A DNA stretch of 63,589 nucleotides, the filler included, from Kipferlia bialata (Eukaryota), in the NCBI GenBank assembly GCA_003568945.1. It is 4 parts of 4 records of this genome, joined end to end, with 100 filler letters (N's around TTAATTAATTAA, not from the genome) between each part and the next. Parts side by side here need not be neighbours in the genome. Positions count along the whole stretch, not along the records: positions 20,549 to 40,995 come from BDIP01000374.1; positions 41,096 to 61,512 come from BDIP01000375.1; 2 more parts are not named here. One strand, given 5' to 3'. Every line of letters begins with the position of its first letter. Within the stretch, counting starts at the first letter, position 1. Below are positions 37,490 to 50,100 of this stretch, in pieces. The translations under genes and the position numbers were made by a program. The notes below the pieces were generated by a model. That model was given only the letters and a program-made list of their open reading frames with translations, was not told the DNA's origin and did not search any database.

Positions 37490-38164
37490 AGACTCCTCAG
37501 CCTCCTCAAAGTGAGGGGCAATGAGTCCCTGGAGACGCTCGAAGTTGGTCTTGAAGGCGGTGGCATCCTCAACTGAAGTGAGAAGACTAAATACTGTTAC
37601 AACCCTTTAAGGGGGGGATACCAACTCGCCGATGTGCATAAATACGATAAGGAATCCATGCCACGGGACATACCTGACTTGAACCTGATGGCAAAGATAG
37701 TGTTCTGGACCTGGGGTAAGTATGTGGAATATAGAAGCAGAGAAAGATACGACTTGCTTGTTGCCAACGCCACTCACCTCTCCGTCAGAGAAGTCCTGGC
37801 AGGTCAGAGACCATGCACTGTCAGATCCAGGGGAAGCCTCGAGGACCTGGAGGGGGTGCACGATGAAGTTGACGCAAACCTTGAAGGTCTGATCCCTCCT
37901 TACAACCACACGAGAGAAGGGAAGGCCGTCCTTCTTAAGCAGCATCTTCATAGTGCCCACACCACGCTCCTTCCACTCATTGGCAGCCCTGTCAAAGCGG
38001 TAAACCTTCGTGCGGCTGTGTTAGAACTCATAAAGAGGACAAAACAACTAAACCTACCAGTGGAACTCGACAGACTCGGTCTCCTCACTGGCAGTGGCCT
38101 CCACAGAGGCCTCGACCCTTGCCTCCTCTCCCTCAACAACAGGCTTAGACTCAACCTCAGACAT
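37490..38164 (-). CDS. RANBP1: Ran-binding protein 1 (RanBD/Yrb1 family); last exon and stop not resolved
   Basis: MSEVESKPVVEGEE...KVYRFDRAANEWKERGVGTMKML...RVVVRRDQTFKVCVNF...GSDSAWSLTCQDFSDGE/VQNTIFAIRFKS/VEDATAFKTNFE contains the diagnostic EWKERGxG motif. Confidence 0.9.
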
Positions 38165-38438
38165 GCTACCAAAAGGCGATTGCAAGCTGCTTGCTTTCTT
38201 TTTCAACAAAAACAATAAACCCTTATGTTACAGAACAAGTGAAGCCAGGGACCCTGGCGCAGGGTCTCGTGTCACCACTTTACACTATACATACGACTTC
38301 AAATACAGCAATCTAATAACATGAAATGGTAAACGAATTGTAGAAATTGGTCCTCCACCTTCCTCTCCCATCTTGGCAGGATAGAACAAACGTCAATAAA
38401 GAAATGAGTTGTTGGGTAAACCTAACACAGACTGGGTG

Positions 38439-39223
38439 TCACTCTCTTTGCGACAAACTGTGTCGTCGACTGGCCCTTCCTAGCTCTCTGTCTTTCCCTG
38501 TCTCTGTTCCAGTCGCTCGTCTTCTTGCCCTCCCTCCCCCTCTCTCCGTGTCCACTGCGTGACCACTCCTGCCAAGACCCTGGGTGTGGGTGCCGGTCTT
38601 GTTAGTCTTCTTGGCCTTGCTGGCCTTGGTGTGGCTGGTTAGGCGGCGGAAGGTGTCATACTCCGGAGAGGGTATCAGGGCAGTGTAGGATGTGGACGGA
38701 AGAACAGCAGCTGGCAGTGAGAGGGGTACAGATAGTGTCACAGATGTCAGAGTATTACTACCCAATCACCTAGTCTGGCGTCTGCCTGGTCTCTCAGGTC
38801 CAGCCGGTGCCTGTCGAGCGTTGCCTGCCCAATCCGGCTGACCTCAAACATTGGCCTGTCTCTCTGTCGCCTCTCCGAAAGAAACGCAGAAACGGACACG
38901 GGGCCCCGGACACCCTCCACAACCTCTGATAATTAGATACAATAGGAAGAAGAGGGGGGGGGGGGACCACTACCTGGTACGAGACTTCTCTCTCTCTCCG
39001 TTCTCACTGCTCGATGTACCATGCTTGTTAGAATGGGCAGATTGGGGAGTCCCGGACGTCACCCTACCACGACGTCTTCCCATATAGGACAGTCAGATTC
39101 ACGCACGCAGACTGCAAGTGGGACACTACTAATACTCCACGGTTCCCGGACCGCCTCCACAAACTCAATCCACCGTGCAGAGCCCTCCTGTGTCCCAGTG
39201 TCCAAGACAAGCAACCTAGGCAT
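38439..39223 (-). CDS. Small hypothetical multi-exon protein with basic C-terminal tail
   Basis: MPRLLVLDTGTQEGSARWIEFVEAVREPW..., VVEGVRGPVSVSAFLSERRQRDRPMFEVSRIGQATLDRHRLDLR, and a K/R-rich terminal exon ending at 38439. Confidence 0.5.
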
Positions 39224-39333
39224 ATCGATCACAATAATCACAAACACCTGCAAAAAGGGGCGATACCGAAGACGCTAAACCATCGGTCATGCACTCATCT
39301 TCTCTTGAGCAATAGTATTACAATCAGCTCTAA

Positions 39334-40850
39334 ATGGGAAAGAACGAGAGGCAGAATCTGAGGGGAGAGAGGAGACGCCCAGCCAAGGTGTGTCGCTAGT
39401 GAGGTTTGTTTTAGGATCCCCTCTCTCCCTCTCATGTCAGGTTGTCAAGTACCAGGATGACGTGTCTGCTCTGCTGAGGGAGTTCAAGGTGGATCCCGTC
39501 ACCAACCTGCCCCAGATGCAGGACACAGTGTCCCAGAGCTCTAAGCTGTTTGCACACCTCACGGATACCTCAGAGAGCGGAGTGGCTGCCACTACCCTGG
39601 AGGCTGTCCACCAGCTAGGGGGGAGCCCCAGCAGTCAGGTATGACGATGTAGTGTGTGTTTGTCGTCCTTATACAGCACGGACTTGCAATAACACAATTT
39701 ATGCAGGCATTCTCTTACCTCTAAGATGTGTCGTTAAGTATGACGTGCCTCCTCAAGAGTGGTTGTCAGTATATACTCTGTATACTCTGTACATGCCTGT
39801 CTCATTGCAGTTGGCCGGTCTGTCTGTGCTCTATGTTCTCCTCCACACCGAGGCTGCCGTGAGGCAGGTGGCCATCAAGGCCATGCAGACCAAGCAGGGT
39901 GTGTGTCCTACCCAACCCTACTCGTATCACTCGTACTGTCTAACCATCAGGCAAGGGCAAGAGGGCCGTCAAGAACCTGGTGGACTACGGTGTGGCACTA
40001 GTGACCAGGGCTAGTGGACGCATGCACGTGCCCTCCCCTGACCAGGACCCCAGAGTGGTGTATGTCACACTGATCCTGGCCCAGGTTGCCATGCTCAGAG
40101 CCAGGCCGGCCAAGGGGTACGTTATAGTGGGAGTGGAGTGGACAGTCATAACACATCACCAATACCCCCCCCCCCCTTCCGTCCTCTCTGACCCCAGTCA
40201 GCAGGGTGCCTCCGACGTGATCCCTGCCTCCGACATCCAGGTATCAGTATGGGGCAGTGTTACAGTAGTATAGTGTGTGGAAGTATGAAGTATCACTGCA
40301 GAGGCGTCGACCCTCACCCCAGTCCCTCGTCGGCCTGTTCTGCCGCACAGTCACAGCCAAGGTGCCCATCATGGCCAGCGCCTCCATCACCGGCTTCCTG
40401 GGATGCTTCATGACCCTCCACCACCTCCAGAGCCTCAAGGCCAGCGCCACCAAGGGTTCCGCCAAGTCTAGGGACATCGACGCCCCCCTGACCCGTGGTG
40501 CCGTGGACGCAATCCAGACTGCCTCCCTGGCCACCGACAACGCCATGGCCTGCGAGTGCCTGTACATGTGCCTGGGGGTCAAGAGCAAGAGGGACATGCT
40601 GTGCACCCCTGCCAGGTTCCACGCCCTGGTCAAGGGGGCCAAGGAGAGCCATGCCAGGGCCAAGGCCGCCAAGGAGACCGGGGAGGACATCCCACCCGAG
40701 AGGCGCCCCTCCTCATGCGCTATGGCCCTGGCCGCCAGTGCTCTGACCACCGCATGCCACCTGTGCATGGAGAAGGACACACTCCTGGGGGACGCCGCAG
40801 CCTACACCCTCATGTATGACTGTGTGGATCTCCAGACAGTGCCAGCTGAG
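39334..40850 (+). CDS. Hypothetical helical protein, 3'-partial (scaffold ends)
   Basis: ATG at 39334, then exons 39441-39638, 39811-39898, 39951-40116 and 40323-40850 with strong coding bias; truncated by the spacer at 40996. Confidence 0.65.
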
Positions 40851-40944
40851 GTGAGACACCCACAGCAGGCTCCTTCCTGCTCTCAAATCGATGGTTCACA
40901 TCTGATTTCCCCATATAACCATTATGCCATTGTATATGTAATAT

Positions 40945-40990
<46 letters not shown>

Positions 40991-40995
40991 CCTCT

Positions 40996-41095
40996 NNNNN
41001 NNNNNNNNNNNNNNNNNNNNNNNNNNNNNNNNNNNNNNNTTAATTAATTAANNNNNNNNNNNNNNNNNNNNNNNNNNNNNNNNNNNNNNNNNNNN
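40996..41095. other. Artificial scaffold-joining spacer
   Basis: 44N-TTAATTAATTAA-44N. Confidence 0.97.
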
Positions 41096-41158
41096 ATATA
41101 CAGTGGTTTGCAATACTATGTATTCCCTTCCCAACCCCCCCCCCCCCCTCACCTCCAG

Positions 41159-43986
41159 GCGTTGATGCGGCAGTATGATCTGTTCCATGCCCAGGGAGAG
41201 CACCTTCTGAGGCAGACCAAGGACATGGCCACAGCCGCAGCACAGCCCGGGGCCGCAGCTGCTGCACTCAGGGGTCCATCAGATGCACGTACACCCCTGC
41301 TGGCCAAGGTGGGAGGGGTCTATTATGACTCATACATGTAATCTATGATTCACCTGTACCTGACTGTAGGTGCTGCGGGGCCTTGTCATCGAGGTCATTA
41401 GACGGTCCTCTGCCAGGAACATGCTGGGGGCAGCATACCCAGCAGTCACCAGCCCCGAGGGTGGGTACCTATGCCTCCCCAGGGCTGGGGGCAGCTACCT
41501 AGAGGCCCTTGGCCCCGACAATGCCCTGGATGCCACGCATGCCTCGATGCAGGGGGGGCAGGGCATGGATGAGATAGGGGACGGGGGTCTGTTTGGGGGG
41601 GACGGCCTGGAGGCTGAGACCCTGGATGAGCTGGACATGGCCGAGCTGGAGGACGACTTCCTGTTTGCTGACCCCTTCTCGTCTGACCAGGCCCTGCCCC
41701 CCTTTGTGCTGGAGGTCGTGGCCATCTTCAGACAACTGCTGGTGCCCCCCTCCCCCCACCGCTTCACATACACAGTGGACAAGGAGGTTCTGAGGCTGTG
41801 CATCGAGAGCGTGCTGGACATCTGCATGGCCCACATCGAGGCCCTCACCCTGCCTGACCAGTCCGACGACATCGACCAGACCACCATGGACTCCCTCAGG
41901 ATGACCCGCATAGCCAAGGCGTCCACCAGAGGGTATGCAGACGGTGACAAGGGGTATGCCAGGCACGACTACCTCCCCCCCTGGCTGCTTGACCTTGTGT
42001 CCCTCCTTGTCGTCGAGCCCACCTTCGAGGCCGGCGAGGAGTTCACTGTGACAGCTGCCGAGATGGTGCTGTCTGTGCTAGACCAGGTCATCACGGCATC
42101 ACCACCCGACGTCAGTGATGAGGATCTGCTCCACATGCGCCGTAGCATAGTCAGACTGTTTGTGGCCGCCCTCCCCGCCCCCTCTGCCTCCCACGTGGCC
42201 TCCACCGCTGCGTGTGTGGTGAGGTATGACAGGCTGGCCCTGGACAGACTGCGGCTGAGGCACTTCCCCAGGGTAGGGGACGGGCCTCTGTCCTCGGCCG
42301 GCACCACGGCCCACTTCCTCGACCTGTTCAGTGCCGCTCTGGCCCTGTCAAGAGCAGATGCAGTTGGGCAGTGCATGGCCGTCAGTGCTGGTCGTGAGAG
42401 TGCCTCCCTCCACTTTGTGGATGGCCTAGGAGGGATTGACGGCAAGGGGGGCAGCCTCAGCGGGGGTGCCGGTATGAAGGACACGGCCCCCCTGTGGCGA
42501 CTGAGGGAGGAGTGCCCTGTGGTGAGTATGCTGAGGGCACCCCCCATCTCAGCCCCCAGGTCCATATACTCCAACTTCGGATACGCAGTCATCTTCACCG
42601 TGGCAGACAGCATCAGTGCCCGCATTGCACCCCTGACCACCGACCTCGATGTCTCCACAGCTATTAGGAAGCTGATATCCGTACGGTCGTCATACTCCAA
42701 CGTGGACTTCAGCGCCAGGATCAGTCCCGTGGGTGCCACGCTGACCCACCCCGGCATGCCATTCCACGACACGCCCATGCGGCACTACCTCAGGTGGGTG
42801 GGGTGTAGAGGGGGGGCTGTTCCTTATAGCTTATATAATGGGTTGTATCTGGTGTATTTGCACTCTTCTCTCTCTCTCTCTCTCTCTATCCTCTCGCTAT
42901 CTTTTCCTCATCTCCAGGGTTGTGGGTAACCTTGGCGCCACCGAGTATGCGATTGCAGTGCTGGATAGCTGCAGTGTCGGTACAGACCTGGGCGACCTTC
43001 CAGAGCCCCCCTCCACCCCCTACCCTCTCCCCAACCACGCCTCTCTCTCCTCTCTCGACGGCCTCAGTGCCGTGGTGTGTGATGTCCGCATCTACGACCT
43101 CTGGGTGGCCCATGGCGGTGCTAGCAGCGTCAGACGCCTGAGGACACGGCCTGAGCTGTTCCGGGTGTCCAAGGCTGTGAGGGAGATGCCTGAGGCGACG
43201 GCCGCCTTCACTGCTGAGGACGAGAAGACAAAGCTGCGGCTGTCTGAGTTTGTCCGGTCAGGCTGCTACCTGGGTCGCTACCTGCCACCCAGGGCGGACC
43301 TGAGGTCTGCCGAGCACTACCGTGCCCTGCGTGAGTGTGCAGACTACACCATGGAGGCGGTGGGCAGGAGGGGCGGGACGTCTGGCACCCCCCTCCACCT
43401 GCTGGTCAGGACAGGAGACGCAGACACCCTCTATGTTGCAGTGGTCAACGCTCTGCACCGCTACTTCCGCACCGAGCGCAACCGTGCCCGTCCCACCCTG
43501 TCGTCTGTGTCTGGTAGGCCTGAGGACATCCCGTTCCAGAACCAGGGGAGAGTGTGGCTGTGTCCGGACGAGGACGGCCTGACCCCCCTCGAGCTGGCAT
43601 GCCGCCTTGGCCGCAGGAGGTGTGCCTATGTGCTGTTGATCTGTCCCTGCATGGCACAGCGCGTCAAGAGAGACCACCCCCTGTCGTCGTCTCTGTCCCT
43701 GTACCCGGATGATGTCCCCCTGCCCGTGGCCAGTGTGCCCAGTGGACACATCGTGTCTGGCCACTACCCCGGCGGCAATCTCACTCTCGAGTTCAACCGC
43801 TATGGCCTGTGGGGTGGCAAGTCGGATGGGAAGAGGTCGACAGCTACTGGGTACCCTGCCCACTACATCCAGAGCCAGATCACCACGGCATCCGAGGAGA
43901 GGCTACTGGGCCTGGCCCCAGACTGGGGGCCCTCCCTGCTGAGGGCGGCCCATCAGGCATGCGATGTGTTCGAGAAGCACCTGTGA
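41159..43986 (+). CDS. Large hypothetical protein with C-terminal ankyrin repeats, 5'-partial
   Basis: Long exons 41370-42794 and 42918-43986; ankyrin motifs GTPLHLLVRTGDADTL and DEDGLTPLELACRLGRRRCAYVLL. Confidence 0.75.
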
Positions 43987-45343
43987 CCTGTGTGAACTTC
44001 ATACTATGAAGTGTATGTACCAATAGACAACCGTCAGAGTGATCGGATAGAGTTACGAATGTGATATCATGACTACATATGGAGAGTTGTGACATGTCGG
44101 CTGAGGAACTCGCTCTCGTCTGTAAATTGCAACCTTCTGGCCGCGTCCATTTGTTGACCATATTAGGTACCGGATTCGCAAGGTGTACGAAAGAAAGGGA
44201 TGTCTCCAGCGCATGGGTCCAGCACCCGTGACAGTGTGTCTGCGAGTCGAATGACCAGATGAGTCGACGTGATCATTGAAAGTGGGACGTCGTCGTGATA
44301 CTTCCATCAACACAAATAGTATATTCCTAACATGTGGAATGACTCAATGTATTCATATATTCCGGACTTCTACATGATATGTGGGAAATTCAACTCGGTA
44401 ATCAACAGTTGAAAGCTCTGTAGATTAAGCACAGATTGACAAATGTGAACTTCTTTGTGAGGTATACATAGCCATTGCAGAGTCCTGATACTATTATTGT
44501 CACTGGGATGATACTGCAGCTGAACCTGGTATTATCCTAAGCGGACATCAAACCCAAATAGCTCCTTGGACGGTTGCTCTGCTGAGCATCTGGGATTCTT
44601 AAGACCACTCTCTCTTGGAAACTCCATGGTTCTTATTCACCAGGAGTGAACATAACAGGTAATAGGTGAGTGGCAAGAACGTAAACAAAGGAATGTAATG
44701 AATATCAGTTATTACTCGACACGTGTTTAGCGGTAGATGACCGGATAGTGACCTGAATTACTACTACTTCTATTGCAGCAACCCTAAGGTCCTGTTCATA
44801 GAGAGTGTTACGAGGACTTGTTAAGTCGATAACAGATGCGATAATTCGTCCAGGTTTGAGTCAAACCTTGACAGCAGATGTGAGGAATCACTATCAGTTG
44901 TACTGATTCAGTACATTGCGAAGGACATATTCATTGGTGATGTAGTCTGCATTACCTGGGGCACGCGATCTCAACCCAACGATCTGCTCGGAGTAACATG
45001 TTCATCCAAGACTTGATAGAGCATAATCTATAATGACTGAGAGCTCCCACTTGATTACGGATGAGATTACCCCTCATCCTGACGGCTACCGTCAAGTAAA
45101 TTGTAATATGCCTACTTAGACTATTGAGTCATGTACAAGAACTCAAATTACGAATGGCTCTGTGATATTCCTACGAATGTGCTTATCCAGATGCCGTCGA
45201 ACTAGTGATTATACCTCTAATAGACAGCTTCAGTGAAAACTATACTAGGATCCTCAATACTACTAGGATACAACACCATCCACTGTAGGAGCGATTGATC
45301 TATTAACGCCAGGGAACGGTAGCGCATTGGATATATGCCCTGG

Positions 45344-47047
45344 TCAGGACCCCTCCGACACATCCGTCTCTGTCTCCTGGGAAGACAGGACCTGGGTCGA
45401 CACCTTCTCTGACCCACATGCATCACCCATGTCTGGGATGCAAGAGGAGTCAGGAACCACATGATTGGTAGGAACGGTGGTACATAAAGACTTGGACTCA
45501 GCACCTCCGCCCTGGGCCGCAGATGCCCTATGCGCAACACTGACAGAAGGAGCGAGTGGGTCCGATGATACAGAGACCCGTTTAACACCGGTCCCTTTGG
45601 ATACACCACCGCTAGACCCCTTTAAGCCAGTATTAGCCCGGGTCCCAGACCCAGGGCGATGCACCCCGCTGCTTCCCCTGGACAGAAAGGAATCAATGCC
45701 GGTTCGTGTACCCTTTGACTGGTCTCAGCATAGAGCTGCATACATGTCAACACATACTTCCACTGAGGCATCATACGAACGCTTATTATTATTATCAACA
45801 GAATTGGTCAAGCGACATATATAGGTACACAAGATCCCTGAATCATGGGGTACACCACACGTGACACATGTCTACTCACGAAGAGTCACGACACCCACCT
45901 TGTCAGACACGGCCCGGTACTTGAATTCTGAGAGGCGACGCTGCTGTTGGACGGAATCCAGGACCCACTCCGGCTTGACTACGGATATGTGTCTGGGGGT
46001 AGACGTGACAAACGCACAGGCAAACACATACTAGGCAGCATCCCCTATATACATCTGTACCATCTCTTGGGATAGTATATGAATTGTACACTCTCCAATT
46101 GATCACACAGTCCCCCTTGATTAGACATACAACAGTGGGACTGAGACTCCCACCTCCTTTGCTCTGCCCCCATCTTCGCGAGGTGCTTGCTCATCTTGGA
46201 CCTGGTGACGTCAGAACTGTGGCAGATACACCTATCAGACAGGGTCAGTTAGCCGGAGAGCAAGCTCAGAATCCGTTGAGTGATAGAAACATACTACCAT
46301 GAAGGGAATTGTATATAACACTGGTACATCAAAAATGACATAGTTATTGAATTGGCCCAAGTACCTACAGAGATTGGATGCAATCACATGTGTCACGCGA
46401 GATGATAGGTTTGGGGTAACCAGGCCTCCGTTACTCTGAATTATCTTCCCCAGGGCCTCATAGTTTGTGACCCCCAGGGTGCGCCCATTGATGTAGAACG
46501 ACAGACCTCTGAAGAGGGTGGTCTTCTCTGTGACACCCTGTATCAGAACTATAGTACTGTATCAGTACCATAGTACTGTATCAATCTGAATATCCACTTG
46601 GTTCGTAGAGTCCGGCTGTGTGCGATAATGCTGGAGTAGGTGGGATACCTGTTTGTCGAACTTCTTCGTCCTGATGGTGAGACAGGGAGGAAAGAGTTCA
46701 AACAGTCACGTGAATATCATATATACGGGAGGAGCGAAGAGAGAGAGGGATATGTAGGGGGGGGAGGGGGGGGGGGGGGCCGGGTAACCAAGAACCCTGT
46801 ATTACCCCAAACAGCAGTGAAAAACCATATTGTTACAGATTTCTCACTGTTGATGATGGATCTCAATGGTAACACAGAATGGAAGGAGACACTATTCACA
46901 GGATACACTCACCTGTGATCCCAATAGTGCTTCATAGTGTAGGCTTCCGGGGGCACCCCAGCGGGAAGACGCCAGTGGTCCATTGCACCGATGTCAAGGG
47001 TCTCTGTTCGCACAAAAGAGTAAGCACTTACCTGTCAAGGACTCCAT
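45344..47047 (-). CDS. Stand-alone REV1-type BRCT domain protein (no polymerase domain), multi-exon
   Basis: Spliced MESLT/ETLDIG...YTMKHYWDH/RTKKFDKQ/GVTEKTTLFRGLSFYINGRTLGVTNYEALGKIIQSNGGLVTPNLSSRVTHVIASNLC/RSKMSKHL.../HISVVKPEWVLDSVQQQRRLSEFKY, then a low-complexity tail ending at 45344. Confidence 0.8.
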
Positions 47048-47145
47048 ATCCAGATTCCTTTAAGGAATCAAAAACGAAAAGGGGTTTGTTATTAATACAT
47101 GGATCGCGCCAGTGTTCCTAAAGAAGAGCGGTGGGTACATAGCAG

Positions 47146-50100
47146 ATGGCGACCCCGCTGCTGTATAACCTACGCTCTCTTCGGAGTAAGTACCTATCGA
47201 TCCTGGGGGGAGATATTCCAGGTACCCAGGGAGTACTTAGTAGTGTGATCGTTGGTAACACTGTGGCTCATATTCAGAATGGCTCTCTGCTGTATGGAGT
47301 GGAAAGGACAAGCATTGCACTGCGGAGCAGGCCTGTATCTGCCTGCAGGTCTGCATGTCGTTGCGGAAGGACCTGCTGGCATATGACCAGGTACTGCCTG
47401 CAAGTAGACCTTTCAGAGAGACTTCACAAGGATCTATATATATACACATATCTTTATATATGATTGTCTCATCATTCAGGACCGGGCGCGTCGTCTGCTG
47501 CAGCTCAATGACGCTCTGCTCTCCTGCTTCGACATCGACTGCCCCCTCCCCTCATCCGTGAAACTGGCGGAGTTTCTGTCCTCTGTTGAGGAGGACGCCC
47601 CCTCAGAGCATGGGTCCCATGGCCACATCGAGGCGTCCTTTGCAGCAGGCGTCAAGGCATTCTCCCTGTCTGCGTGTGACCTGGCGTCTCTGGACGTGGT
47701 GTCCTTTGCTAGCATGGGGGTGTCGCCCAGGTCCTACCTCGCGGTGCAGCACAGGCTGAGGCAGCAGGGCCACATGGACGAGGACCCCAGGCAGCTCTAC
47801 GGAGGCCATGTGATGGCCGTGGAGCAGGGCAGGGCACTCCTGGGTTGTGGGCCTGTGCTCTTCTCGGTTCCCGTGGATGCCTTTGACACCCCCCCCACAG
47901 CAGGGCACACATACGCAGTAGTCGCTGCCTCCCACGCCCTCCACGCCCCCAGCGCCACATGCCCCTGGACGTCGTTCTGCTTCCTGGGTGCCGCCCCCCC
48001 CATTGTGCTGGACAGCGTGTCTGTGGTGTGTGCGTGTGACTCTGCGCTTGTGCCGGAGCTCTCTGTCACAGACATCGGGGGGGTGGTGTTCATAAGCTCC
48101 ACACACAGGGCAGCGGGGGTGCTGGTCGGCCTGGCAGACACGTCCAGTGCCCAGTCCCCTCACATCCCTCACCGGTCTGACAACCACAGGCGGGGGGAGG
48201 CCATAACCTCCAGCGGAAGGTCAGTATTTGTGGTTCACGTATTTATTCTCACTCTCTCATACCGCATATGTTTCGCCAAGGGGCGATATCTCTTTCCTGT
48301 CTCACCAGTGTTGACGGAATCTGTGGTTTCATGATCATCAGCATGCGTGACTGTCCCTCTGCTAGTATACATATGATGTATATATAGTATGTGTATATAG
48401 TATGGGTAGTGTGGAGTATTATTGGTCTGACTTTCAGGTTAGTGCCGGTGACCCTTGCCGCTGTGCCGGGCTCCATGCCCCCCTGTCTCGGCATGTCCCT
48501 AGAGGTCACCCTGGCCCTCTCCCCCCATGACACTGCCTCTGCCAGGCCCTCCGACCCAGGTGTGGGCGCTCGCTGTGCCTTTGGGACCGTTGTGCTGCCT
48601 GCCTCTCCCTCACCAGACGGGGTGTCCGGTCTGGTGGTCTCGTCGGTCACTCGGGAGGCGTCCCCCAGCCAGACGTGTCTGTACCTAGGCGCCTCCCGCT
48701 CTGGTTGCATCGAGGCGACAGGGGCAACAGGGCACTGGGTGGGAGTGGGGGTGGAGGGTGTGGACGGGACAGCACACCCGCACACTGAGTCATCGCCCAT
48801 GCCCCTCTCCCTCAGCGTGGCCTGCCCCATCCTGCTGGTGGGCCATGTCGATGCAGGGGGGTCCCTGGTGTCTGTCTCCCCGGCCCCTTCCCCCCTGGCC
48901 CTAGCTGTGTGTACCGATGGGGCATGTGAGGCAGACACCCCCAGTGGGTCAGACTGGCAGACAGAGACAGTGTCTGGTCTCTCCAAGGTCCTCCCCCTCC
49001 CCCTCCCCAAGGGTGTCTCGAGGTGGGCGTCGGACTGCGACGTCCTGCTCTACATGTCCACAGGCATCAGACCCCACCCCGTGTCTCTGCGCCGTCTGCT
49101 GTCCTTCTCCCCCCCCCTCCCAGCCGGTGTGGAGATTGATACCGACAACGCTGTGGTGCTGGGGCCAGGGGCACAGGCCATCCTTCGGGAGGCCCTAGCC
49201 GGTGGGGGCCATGCGCTGACCCCCACTGATACTGCCCCCCCAGGTCTGTCCCCCCCCCCAAGCCATGTCATGTCCAGCATCAGACAGACCCTGGCCTCGG
49301 TCGGCATGGCAGGGCACGACACAGCGCAGGTCCAGATACACACCGTGGGGGTGTCGGTGGATGGTGTGTCCGGCCGTGTGTGTGCCGTTCCGTTGGAGGT
49401 CGAGGTCGACACCCCTGTGGCCCACTCTCTACCTGTCCAGGGAGAGGGAGAGGGATGTGTGTTCCAGGGCGGACTGCCTGGTCTGTCCGAGCACCCAACC
49501 CTGGATCATCTGGACGGTGTCCCCACCCCCCAGGACCCCCTGGACCCATTGTCCATGGCCCTCTCCACACACGCAGTCCAGATGTCACCGCTGATGGACG
49601 GCCTCAGCAACCCCACGTCCAGGCGCAACAGCATAGCCGAGGACCAGGCCCTGCAGGCGTCTCTGTCGCTGTCCATGAGTATGGAGGGCTCCCTGCACCC
49701 GGCGTCTCTGGGCCACCACTCCCTGTCCATGCACTCCCTCGAGATGGAGCACTCCCACCCCGGCAGTGTCAGTGGGATCCATGACACAGGGGTATTCGGG
49801 CCGTCCTCAGACCTCGCAGATACATTCCAAGAGGCCCTGGTCCCCGGTATGTATGGTGCCACATGTATGGTGCCCCCTGCTATCCACCTGGCGTACATGC
49901 CTTTCTGTCATACCCTAGTGAAATGTGTATATATTGTCGCACACAGTCCCAGATACTTACATATACTATCCCCAATTCTGTTAGAGCTGTGGTTCCTTCC
50001 TTATTAGACATACCCCTGACCCCTAGGCCAAGGTGTGACTGCCCAGCACGACTACTTCTCTACATCTCCTGGGTTTGCCGGCAAGACCCAGGCCAGGCCC

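Noticed and set aside
39334..43986. Apparent single gene spanning the 40996-41095 gap
   Set aside because: The gap is a concatenation spacer, so the two halves come from different scaffolds and are treated as separate partial genes. The same applies to the minus-strand exons either side of 61513-61612.
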